DNA of 64,000 bases, taken from NCBI RefSeq assembly GCF_009914755.1, contig NC_060945.1. One strand, written 5' to 3'. Source of the stretch: the human T2T-CHM13v2.0 reference genome, Homo sapiens. A model generated the notes under the pieces. That model had not been told where the DNA came from and did not search any database. It was given only the letters and a program-made list of their open reading frames with translations. Below are positions 9,307 through 21,700 of the stretch, piece after piece; within the stretch, counting starts at the first letter, position 1, and every line of letters begins with the position of its first letter. Made by a program: the position numbers and the translations under genes.

Positions 9307-12300
9307 CCAGTTTTGAACATTCTTTTTGTAGAATCTGCAAGTGGACATTTGGAGTGCATTGCAACCTATGGTAGCAAAGGAAATATCTTCACATAAAATC
9401 TAGAAAGAAGCAACCTGAGAAACTTCTTTGTGATGTGTGCATTCATATCACAGAGTTAAACATTTCTTTTGATGGAGAAGTTTTGAAACTATCTTTTTGT
9501 AGATCTAGCAATTGGACATTTGGAGCACTTTGAGGCCTATGGTGGAAAAGGAAATACCTTCACATAAAAACTAGAGAGAAGAGTTCTGAGAAACTTCCTT
9601 GTGATTCATACGTTCATCTCACAGATTTGAACCTTTCTTTTGATGGAGCAGTTTTGAAACTCTCTTTTTGTAGAATGTGCAAGTGGACGTTTGGAGCGCT
9701 TTGAAGCCTATGGTGTAAAAGGAAATATCTTCACATAAAAACCAGATAGAAGCTTTCTGAGAAACTTCTTTGTGATATGTGCATTCGTGTCCCTGACTTG
9801 AGCATTTCTTTTGAAGGACCAGTTTTCAAATACTGTTTTTGTAGAATCTGCAAGTGGACAATTCGAGTGTCTTGAGGCCTATGGTGGAAAAGAAAATATC
9901 TTCACATAAAAACTGGACAGAAGAATTCTGAGAAACCTCTTTGTGATGTGTACATTCGTATCTCAAAGTTTAATCTTTCTTCTGAAGGACCAGTTTTGAA
10001 ATCCTCTTTTTGAAGAATCCGCTAGCAGACATATTGTACGCCTTGAGGCGTATGCTGGAAAAGGAAATATCTTCACATAAAATCTAGACAGAAGCAATCT
10101 GAGAAACTTCCTTGTAATGTGTTCATTTATCTCACAGAGTTAAACCTTTCTTTTGATTGAGCAGTCTTGAAACTCTCTTTTTGTAGAATCTGTAAGTGGA
10201 CATTTTGTGTGTTTTGAAGCCTATGGTGGAAAAGGAAATATCTTCACATAAAAATCAGATAGAAACATTCTGAGAAACATCTTTGTGATGTGTACATTCA
10301 TCTCACAGAGTTAAACCTTTCTTTTGATAGAGCAGTTTTGAAACTCTCTTTTGTGGAAACTGCAAGTGGACATTTCGAGCACCTTGAGTCCTATGGTGGA
10401 AAATGTAATATCTTCACACAAATATTAGATAGAATAATTCTGAGAAACTTCTTTGTGATGTGTGCATTCACCTCAAAGAGTTGAACCATTCTTTTGATTG
10501 AGGAGTTTGGAAACACTCTTTTTGTAGTATCTGCAGGTGGACATTTGGAAAGCTTTTTGGCCTATGATAGAGAAGGAAATATCTTCACATAAAATCTAGA
10601 CAGAAGAAATCTGAGAAACTTCCTCGTGATGTGTGCATTCATCTCATAGAGTTAAAACTTTCTTTTGATTGAGAAGTTTTGAAACTCTCTTTTTTAAGTC
10701 TGCAAGTGGACATTTGGAGCAGTTTGAGGCCTGTGGTGGAAAAGGAAATATCTTCACATAAAAACTAAACAGAAGAATTCTGAGATAGTTTTTGTGATGT
10801 GTGTGTTCACCTCACAGAGTTGAACCATTCTTTTGGATGAGCAGTTTGGAAACACTCTTGTAGAATCTGCAAGTGGATATTTGGAGTGCTTTGCGGCCTA
10901 TGGTAGAAAAGGAAATATCTTCACATAAAATCTAGACAGAAGAAATCTGAGAAACCTCTTCATGATGTGTGCATTCATACCCAGAGTTTAAGCTTTCTTT
11001 TGATGGGTCAGTTTTGGAATACTCTTTTTGTTGGATCTGCAAGTGGACATTTTGAACACCTTGAGGCCTATGGTGGAAAATGAAATATCTTCACGTAAAA
11101 ACTAAACAGAAGAATTCTGAGAAACTTCTTTGTGATGCGTGCATTCACCTCACAGAGTTGAACATTTCTTTTGATTGAGCAGTTTGGAAACACTCTTTTT
11201 GTAGAATCTGCAAGTGGACATTCAGAGGGCTTTGTGGCCTATGGTAGAAAAGGAAATATCTTCACATAAAATCTCGACAGAAGCAACCTGAGAAACTTAT
11301 TTGTGATGTGTGCATTCATCACACAGAGTTAAAACCTTTTTTTAATTGAGCAGTTTTGAAACTCTCTTTTTGTAGAATCTGGACGTAGACAAGTGCAGCA
11401 TTTTCAGGCCTATGGTGGAAAAGGAAATATCTTCACATAAAAACTAGACAGAAGAAATCTGAGAAACTTCCTTGTGATGTGTCTGTTCATCTCACAGAGT
11501 TGAAACTTTCTTTTCATTGAGCAGTTTGGAAACATGCTTTTTGTAGAATCTGCAAGTGGACATTCAGAGGGCTTTGTGGCCTATGGTAGAAAAGGAAATA
11601 TCTTCACATAAAATCTAGACAGAAGCAATCTGAGAAAATTCTTTCTGATGTGTGCATTCATCTCACAGAGTTAAACCTTTCTTTTGATTGAGCAGTTTTG
11701 AAACTCTTTTTGTGGAATCTGCAAGTGGACATTTGGAGTGCTTTTCGGCCTATGATAAAAAAAGAAATATCTTCACATAAAATCTAGACAGAAGCCATCT
11801 GAGAAACTTCTTTGTGATGTCTGCATTCATCTCATAGAGTTAAAATTTTCTTTGAATGAGCACTTTTGAAACTCTCTTTTGTAGAATCTGCAAGTGGACA
11901 TTTGGAGTGCTTTGAGACCTATGATAGGAAAGGATATATCTTCACATAAAATCTAGACAGAAGCAATTTGAGAAACTTCACCATGATGTATGTATTCAAG
12001 TCACAGAGTTAAACCTTTCTTTTTAATTGAGCAGTTTTTTTTTTGTTTGTTTGTTTGTTTTTTTAGAATCTGTTAGTGGACGTTTAAGGCGCTTTGAGGC
12101 CTATGAAGGAAATGGAAATATCTTCACCTAAAAACTAAACAGATTTCTGAGAAACTTCTTTTTGATGTGTACGTTCATCTCACAGAGTTGAACCTTTCTT
12201 TTATTGAGCAGTTTGGAAACACTCTTTTCGCAGAATCTGCAAGAGTATATTTGGAGAGTTTTGAGGCCTATGGAGGAAAAGAAATATCTTCAGATAAAAA

Positions 12301-15300
12301 CTAATTAGAAGCATTCTGAGAAACTCCTTTGTGATGAGTGCATTCATGTCCCAGAGTTCAACATTTCTTTTGATGGGCCAGTATTGAAATAATCTTTTTG
12401 TGGAATCTGCAAGTGGACATTTGGAACGCCTTGAGGCCTATGGTGGAAAATGAAATATCTTCACGTAATAACTAGACAGAATAATTCCAGGAAACTTCAA
12501 TTGTGATGTGTGCATTCATCTCACAGAGCTGAACCTTTCTTTTGATTGAGAAGTTTGGAAACACTCTTTTGGCGAATCTGCAAGTGGAAAATTTGTATGC
12601 TTTGCAGTCAATGGTAGAAAAAGAATAATCTTCAATTAAAATCTACACGGAAGCAATCTGAGAAACTTCTTTGTGATATGTGCATTCATCTCACAGAGTT
12701 AAACCTTTATTTTGACTGAGCAGTTTTGAACTCTCTTTTTATATAATCTGCAAGTGGACGTTTGAACAGATATGAGGCCTACGGTGGAAAAGGAAATATC
12801 TTCACATAAAAACTAGAAAGAAGAATTCTGAGAACCTTCTTTGTGATGCATGCGTTCATCTCACAGATTTGAACCTTTGTTTGGATTGAGTAGTTTGGAA
12901 ACACTCTTTTTGTAAAATCTGCAAGTGGACATTTGGAGCACTTTGCGGCCTAAGGTAGAAAACAAATATCTTCACATAAAATTTAGACAGAAGCAATCTG
13001 AGAAACTTCTTTGTGATGAGTGCATTCATCTCACAGAGTTAAACCTTTCTTTGGATTGAGCAGTTTTGAAATTCTCTTTTTGTAGAATCTGCAAGTGAAC
13101 ATTTGGTGGGCTTTGAGGCCTTTGGTGGAAAAGAAAATATCTTTATATTAAATTTAGACAGAAGAATTCTGAGAAACTGTTTTGTGATGTGTGCGTTCAT
13201 CTCACAGAGTTGAATCTTTCTTTTGATTGAGCAGTTTGGAAACAATCATTTGTAGGATCTGCAAATGGCCATTTGGAGTGCTTTGTGGCCTGTGGTAGAA
13301 AAGGAAATATCTTCACATAAAATCTAGAAGGAAGCAATCTGAGAAACTTCTTTCTGATGTGTGCATTCATGTCACAGAGTTAAAACTTTCTTTATATTGA
13401 GCAGTTTTGAACCTCTCTTTTTGTAGAATCTGCAAGTGGATGTTTAGAGCGATTTGATACCTATGGTGGAAAAGAAAATATCTTCACAAAAAAACTAGAC
13501 AGAAGAATTCTGAAAAACTACTGGTGATGTTTGCGTTCATCTCACAGAGTTCAAAGTTTCTTTTGATGGAGCATTTTGGAAACACTCATTTTCTAGAATC
13601 TTCAGGTGGACATTAGGAGGGCTTTGAGGCCTATGGTGAAAAAGGAAATATCTTCACATGAAAACTAGAGAGAAGAATTCTGTGAAAGTTCTTTTGTTGT
13701 GGGCGTTCATCTCACCCAGATGAACCTTCTTTTGATTGAGCAGTTTGGAGACTCTCCTTCTTTAGAATCTGTAAGTGGATATTTGGAGACCTTTGTGGCC
13801 TATGGCAGAAAAGGAAATATCTTCATATAAATCTCTGCCGCAGCAACCTGAGAAACTTCTTTGTGATGTGTGCATTCATCTGACAGAGTTGAACCTTTCT
13901 TTTGATTGAGCAGTTTTGCAACTCTCTTTTTGTAGAATCTGCAAGTGGACATTTTGAGGGCTTTGAGGACTAAGGTGGAAAAGGAAATATCTTCACATAA
14001 AAACTAGACAGAAGAACTATGAAAAACTTCTTTGTGATATGTGCGTTCATCTCACAGAGTTGAAACTTTCTTTTGATTCAGCAGTTTGGAAACACTCTTT
14101 TCGTAGAATCTGCCAGTGGACATTTGGAGTGCTTGGCGGCCTATAGTAGAAAGGGAAATATCTTCATCTTAAGTCTAGACAGAAGCAATCTGAGAAACTT
14201 CTTTGTGAAGTGTGCATTCATCTCCAAGAGCTGAACCTTCCTTTTGATGTATCAGTTTTGAAATACTCTTTTTGTAGAATCTGCAAGTGGACATTTGGAA
14301 CGCCTTGGGGCCAATGGTAGAAAAGGGTATATCTTCATTTAAAATCTAGACAGAAGCAATCTGAGAAACTTCTTTGTGATGTAGGCATTCATCTGACAGA
14401 GTTAAACCTTTCTTTTGATTGAGCAGTTTGGAAACTCTCTTTTTGTAGAACCTGCAAATGGACATTTGGAGAACTTTGAGTCCTATGATGGAAAAAGAAA
14501 TATTCTCACATAAAAACTAGACAGAATAATTCTGAGAAACTTCTTTTTGATGCGTGTGTTCATCTCAAAGAGTTGAGCCTTTCTTTTGATTGAGGAGTTT
14601 GGAAACACTTTATCTTGTAGAATCTGCAAGTGGACATTTGGAGCGTTTTGCAGCCTATGGTAGAAAAGGAAATATCTACACATAAAATCTAGACAGAAGC
14701 TATCTGAAAATCTTCTTTGTGATGCGTGCATTCATATTCCAGAGTAAAGCCTTTCTTTTGATTCAGCAGTTTTGAAACTCTCTTTTTGTGTAATCTGGAA
14801 GTGGACATTTGGAGGGCTTTGAGGCCGATGGTGGAAAAGGAAATATCTTCAAAAATAAACTAGACATAAGCATTCTGAATAACTTCTTCATGATGTGTGC
14901 ATTCATCTCCCAGAGTTGAAGCTTTCTTTTAATGGACCAGTTTTGAAATACTCTTTTTGTAGAATCTGCAAGTGGACATTTCGAGCACCCTGAGGCCTAT
15001 AGAGGGAAAAGAAATACTTTCAGATAAAAATGAGACAGAAGAATTCTGAGAAACTTCTTTGTGATTTGTGCGTTCATATCACACAGGTGAAACTTTCTTT
15101 TGATTGAGCAGTTTGGAAACACTCTTTTTGTAGAATCTGCCAATGGACATTTGGTGTGCTTTGAGGCTTATGGTAGAAAAGGAAATCTCTTCACAGAAAA
15201 TCCAGACAGAAGCAATCTGAGAAACTTCTTTGTGATGTGTGCATTCATCTCACAGAGTGAAACCTTACTTTTGATGGAGTAGTTTTGAAATTCTCTTTTT

Positions 15301-18300
15301 GTAGAATCTGCAAATTGACATTGGGAGTGCTTTGAGGCCTACAGTGGAAAAGGAAATATGTTCACATAAAAACTAGACAGAAGCATTCTGAGAAACTTCT
15401 TTGTGATGTGTGCATTCATCTCAAAGAGTTGAAACTTTCTTTTGATGGACCAGGTTTGAAATACTCCTTTTGTAGAATCTGCCAGGGGGCATTTCGAGCA
15501 CCTTGAGGCCTAAGGTGAAAGTGAAATATCTTCATATAAAATCTTGACAGAAGCAATCTTAGAAACTTCTCTGTGATGTGTGCATTCATCTCACTAAGTG
15601 AAACCTTTCTTTTGATTGAGCAGTTTTGAAACTCTCTTTTTGTTGAATCTGCAGTTGGACACTTGGAGCGCTTTGAGGCCTAAGGTGGAAAAGGAAATAT
15701 CTTCACATAAAAACTAGACAGAAGAATTCTGAGAAACTTCTTTGTAATGTGTGCGTTCATTTCACAGAGTTGAACCTTTCTTTTGATTGAGCAGTTTTGA
15801 AACACTCTTATTGTAGAATCTGCATGTGGACATTTGGAGCACTTTGTGGCCTATGGTAGAAAAGGAAATATCTTCACATAAAATCTAGACAGAAGCAATC
15901 TGAGAAAATTCTTTGTGATGTGTGCATTCACCTTACAGAGTAAAACCTTTCTTTTGATTGAGCACTTTTAAAACTCTCTTTTTGTAGGATCTGCAAGTGG
16001 ACATTTGTAGCACCTTGAGGCCTATGATGGAAAAGGAAATATCTTCACTTAAAAAATAAACAGAAGAATTCTGAGAAACTTCTTTTTTATATGTGTGTTC
16101 ATCTCACAGAGTTGAACCTTTGATTGAGCAGTTTGGAAACTCTCTTTTTGTAGAATCTGCAAGTGGACATTTGGAGTGTTTTGTAGCCTATGGTAGAAAG
16201 GGAAATATCTTTACATACAATCTAGACAGAAGTAATCTGAGAATCTTCTCTGTGATGTGTGCATTCATCTCACAGAGTTAAGCCTTTATTATGATTGAGC
16301 ACTTTTGAAACTCTCTTTTTGTAGAATCTGCAATTGGACATTTGGAAGGCTTTGGGGCCTATGGTGGAAAAGGAAATATCTTCACATAAAAACAAGATAG
16401 AAGCGTTCTGAGAAACTTCTTTGTGATGTGTGCATCCATCTCCCAGAGTTGAACCTTTCTTTGGATGGACCAGTTTTGAAATACTGTTTTTGTAGGATCT
16501 GCAAGTGGACATTTTGAGCGCCTTGAGGCCTACGGTGGAAAAGGAAATATCTTCACATAGAAACTAGACAGAAGCATTCTGAGAAACCTCTTTGTGATGT
16601 GTGCATTCATCTCAAGGAGGTGAAACTTTCTTTTGATGGACCAGGTTCGAAATTCTCCTTTTGTAGAATCTGCCAGGGGGCATTTTGAGTGCCTTGAGGC
16701 CTATGGTGGAAAATGAAATATCTTCATATAAAAACTAGACAGAAGCATTCTGAGAAAGTTCTTTGTGATGTGTGCATTCATCTCACAGAGTTGAATCTTT
16801 CTTTTGATTGAGAAGTTTGGAAACACTGTTTTTGTAGAATCTGCAAGGGGCAGTTGGAACGCTTATTGTTCTATGGTGGAAAAGGAAATAACTTCATATA
16901 AAATCTAGACAGAAGCAATCTGAGAAACTTTTTGTGATGTGTGCTTTCATCTCACAGACTTAAACCTTCCTTTTGATTGAGCAGCTTTAGAAATCTCTTT
17001 TTGCAGAATCTGCAAGTGGACATTTGGAATGCTTTTAGGCCTATGGAAGAAAAGGAATTATCTTCACATAAAAACTAGCCAGAAGAATTCTGAGAGAATT
17101 CTTTGTGATGTGTGCATTCATCTGGCAGAGTTGAACCTTTCTTTTGATTGAGCAGTTTGGAAACACTCTTTTTGTAGAACCTGCAAGTGGACATTTGGAG
17201 CACTTTGCGGCCTATGGTAGAAAAGGAAATATCTTCACAAAAAATCTAGACAGAACCATTCTGAGAAACGAGTTTTTCTTGTGTGCATTCATCTCACAGA
17301 GTTAACCATTTCTTTTGATTGAGCATTTTTGAAACTCTATTTTTGTAGAATCTGCAAGTGGACATTTGGAGCACTTTGAGGCCTATGGTGTAAAAGGAAA
17401 TATCTTCACATAAAAACTAGATAGAAGCATTCAGAGAAACTTCTTTGTGATGTGTGCAATCATTTCCCAGAGTTAAACCTTTTTTTCTGATGGACCAATT
17501 ATGAAATAGTCTTTTTGTAGAATTTGCAGTTGGACATTTCGAGCACCTTGAGGACTATGGTGGAAAATGAAATATCTTCACATAAAAACTAGACACAAGT
17601 ATTCTGAGCAACTTCTATGTGATGTGTGCATTCATCTCACAGAGTTGGACCTTTCTTTTGATTGAGAAGTTTGTAAACCCTCTATTTGGAGAATCTGCAA
17701 GTGTACATTTGGAGTGCTTTGCCACCTATGGTAGAAAAGGAACTATCTTCACATAAAATCTAGACATAAGCAATCAGAGAAACTACTTTGTGTTTTGTGC
17801 ATGCCCCTGAGAGAGTTAAACCTTTCTTTTGATTGAGGAGTTTTGAAACTCTCTTTTTGTAGAATCCGCAAGTCGATATTTGGAGGGCATTAAGGCCTCT
17901 GGTGGAAAAGGAAATATCTTCACATAAAAACTAAACAGAAGAATTCTGAGAAACTTCTTTGTGATGCGTGCATTCATCTTACAGAGGTGAACCTCTTTTT
18001 TGATTGAGCTGTTTGGAAACATTCTTTTTGTGGAATCTACAAGTGGATATTTGGAACGCTTTGGGGCCTGTGGTAGAAAAGGAAATATCTTCACATAAAA
18101 TCTAGACAGAATCAACCTGACAAACGTCCTTGTGACGTGTGCTTTTGTCTAAGAGAGTTAAACCTTTCTTTTGATTGAGGAGTTTTGAAACTCTCCTTTT
18201 GTAAAATCTGCAAGTGGATATTTGGAGTGCTTTGAGGCCTATGGTGGAAAAGGAAATATCTTCACATAAAAACTAGACAGAAGAGTTCTGAGAAACTTCT

Positions 18301-18700
18301 TTGTGATGTGTGCGTTCATCTCACAGTGTTCAAAGTTTCTTTTCATGGAGCAATTTGGAAACACTCTTTTTGTAGAATCTTCAAGTGGACATTTGGAGGG
18401 CTTTGAGGCCTCTGGTGGAAAAGCAAATATCTTCACATGAAAACTGGAGAGAAGAATTCTGTGAAACTTTTTTCTGATACATGCGTCCATCTCACACAGA
18501 TGAACCTTCCTTTTGATTGGGCAGTTTGGAGACACTCTTTCTGTAGAATCTGCAAGTGGACGTTTGGAGCCCTTTGTGACCAATGGTAGAAAAGGAAGTA
18601 TCTTCATATAAATCTCTGCCGAAACAACCAGATAAACTTCTTTGTGATGTGTACATTCATCTCACAGAGTTGAACCTTTCTTTTGATTGAGCAGTTTTGA
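9307..18700 (+). repeat. Alpha satellite, stratum with alternating (dimer-like) monomer types
   Basis: Monomers read GTGGACATTTGG. GGTAGAAAAGG...AAATCTAGACAGAAGCAATCTGAG alternates loosely with GGTGGAAAAGG...AAAACTAGACAGAAGAATTCTGAG, plus a recurring GATGGACCAG variant. Right boundary approximate. Confidence 0.93.
12035..12064 (+). repeat. T-rich microsatellite T10-(GTTT)n-Tn inside an alpha monomer
   Basis: TTTTTTTTTTGTTTGTTTGTTTGTTTTTTT replaces the usual TTTTGAAACTCTCTTTTTG segment. Confidence 0.85.
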
Positions 18701-21700
18701 AACACTCTTTTTGTAGAATGTGCAAGTGGATATTTGGAGCTCTTTGTGGCCTATGGCAGAAAAGGAAATATCTTCACATAAAAATTACAAAGAAGCATTC
18801 TGATAGACATGTTTGTGTTGAGTGCATTCAGCTCACAGAATTGAACCTATGTTTTGATTGAGCAGGTTTGAAACACTCTTTGTAGAATCTGCAAGTGGAT
18901 ATTTGGATCGATTTGACGCCTATTGTGGAAAAGGAAATATCTTCACATAAAACCTACACAGCAGCATTCTGAGAAACTTCTTTGTTTTGTGTGCATTCAA
19001 CTCATGGAGTCAAACCTATCTTTTGATTGAGCAGTTTTGAATCTCTCTTTTTGCATAATCTGTGAGTGGATATTTGGAGAGATTTGAGGCCTATTGTGGA
19101 AAAGGAAATATCTTCACAGCGAAACTACACAGAAGCATTCTGAGAAACTTCATGGTGATGTGTGCGTTCATCTCACAGAGATGAATCTTTCTTTTCATTT
19201 AGCAGTTTTGAAACACTGTATAATCTGCAAGCGGATAGTTGGAGTGCTTTGAGGCCTATTGTTGAAAAGAAAATATCTTCAAATGAAATCTACACAGAAG
19301 CATTCTGAGAAACCTCTTTGTGATGTGTGCATTCATCTCACAGAGTTGAACCTTTCTTTTGATTGAGCAGTTTTGAAAAACTCTTTATGTAGAATCTGCA
19401 AGTTGATATTTGGAGCGCTTAGATTCCTATTGTGGAAAAGGAAATATCTTTACATAAAAACTGCATAGAATCATTCTGAGAAACTTCTGTGGGATGTGTG
19501 CATTCATCTCACAATGTTGAACCTTTCTTTTCATTCAGCAGTTTTGAATCTTTCTGTTTGTAGAATCTGCAAGTGGATATATGGAGAGCTTTGAGGCCTA
19601 TGGTGGAAATGGAAATATCTTCACATAAAAACTACACAGAAGTATTCTGAGAAACACCTTTGTTAAGGTTAAGTGTGCATTAAACTCACAGAGTTGAAAC
19701 TTTCTTTTGATTGAGCAGTTTTGAATCTCTCTTTTGGTAGAATCTACAAGAGGATATTTGGAGCCATTTTCAGCCTATGGTGGAAAAGGAAATACCTTCA
19801 CATGAAAACTACAAAAAAGATTTCTGAGGAACTTCTATGTCATGTGTGCCTTCATCTCACAGAGTTGAACCTTTCTTTTGATTTAGCAGTTTGGAAACAC
19901 TCTTTTTGTTGTATCTACAAGTGACTGTTTGGACCACTTTGAAGCCTATGGTGGAAAAGGAAATATCTTTAAATAAAAACTACACAGAAGCATTCTGAGA
20001 AACTTCTTTGTGATGTGTGCTTTCATCTCACATTATTGAACCTATCTTATGATTGGGCAGTTTTGAAACACTCTTTTTATAGAATCTGCAAGTGTATATT
20101 TGGAGCCGATGTGGCCTATTGTGAAAAAGGAAATATCTTCACATAAAAACTACACAGAAGCATTCTGAGAAACCACTTTGTGATATGTGCATTAAACTCA
20201 CAGAGTTGAATCTATCTTTTCATTGAGCAGTTTTGATTCCCTCTTTTTGTAGGATTTGCAAGTGGTCATATGGAGCCCTTTGCGGCCTATGGAGGAAAAG
20301 GAAATATCTTCAAATAAAAACTACCCAGAAGCATTCTGAGGAACTTCTTTGCTATGTGTGCATTCAACTCACAGAGTTGAAACTATCTTATGATTCAGCA
20401 GTTTTGAAGCACTGTTTTTGTAGAGTCTTCAAGTGGATATTTGGAGCACTTTGAGGCCTACTGTGGAAAAGCAAATATCTTCACATAAAAACTGCACAGA
20501 AGCATTCTGAGAAACTTCTTTGTGATGTGTGCATTCAACTCACAGAATCGAACCTATATTTTGATGGAGCAGTTTTTAATCTCTCTTTTTGCAGAATCTG
20601 CAAGTGGATATTTGGAGGCCTTTGAAGCCTAGTGTGGAAAAGGAAATATCTTCACATAACAACTACACAGAAGCATTCTGAGAAACTTTTTGTGATGTGT
20701 GTATTCAACTCACAGAGTTGAACCTATGTTTTGATTGAACAGTTTTGAATCGCTCTTTTTGTAGAATCTGAGAGTGAATATTTGCAGTGCTTTTAGGTCT
20801 ATTGTGGAAAAGGAAATATTTTCACATAAAAACTACACAGAAGCTTTCTGAGAAATTTCTTTGTTATGAGTGCATTCATCACACATAGTTGAACCTTTCT
20901 TTTTGATTGAACAGTTTTGTAACACTCTTTATGTAGAAACTGCAAGTGGATATTTGGAGGGCTTTGAGGTCTATTTTGGAAAAGGCAATATCTTCATATC
21001 AAAACTACACAGAAGCATTCTGAGAAACTTCTTTGTGATGTGTACATTCAACTCACAGTGTTGAAACTATCTTTTGATAGAGCAGTTTTGAAACACTCTT
21101 TTTGTAGAATCTGCAAGTGTATATTTGGAAAGCTTTGAGGCCTACTGTGGAAAAGGAAATATCTTCATGTAAAAACTACACTTAGGCAGTCTGAGAAACT
21201 TCTTTATGATGTGTGCATTCATCATACAGATTTTAACTTCTTTTGATTGAGCAGATTTGAAACACTCTTTTTGTAGAATCGGCAGGTGGATATTTGGAGG
21301 GTTTTGAGGCCTATTTTGGAAAAGGAAATATCTTCACATAAAAACTACACAGAAGCATTCTGAGAAACATCTTTGTGATGTGTACATTCAACTCACAGAG
21401 TTGAACCAATGTCTTAGTGGAGCAGTTTTGAATCTTTTTGTGGAATCTTCAACCGGATATTTGGAGCCCTTATCAGCCTATGGTGGAAAAGGAAATATCT
21501 TTAAATAAACTCTACACGGAGGAATTGTGAGAAATTTCTTTGTGATGTGTGAACTCATCTCACAGAGTTGAAATTTCCTTTTGATTGAGCAGTTTTGAAA
21601 TGCTGTTTTCATAGAATCTGCAAGTGGATATTTGGAGCGCTTTGAGGCCTATTGTGGAAAGGGAAATATCTTCACATAAAAACTACACAGAAGCATTCTG

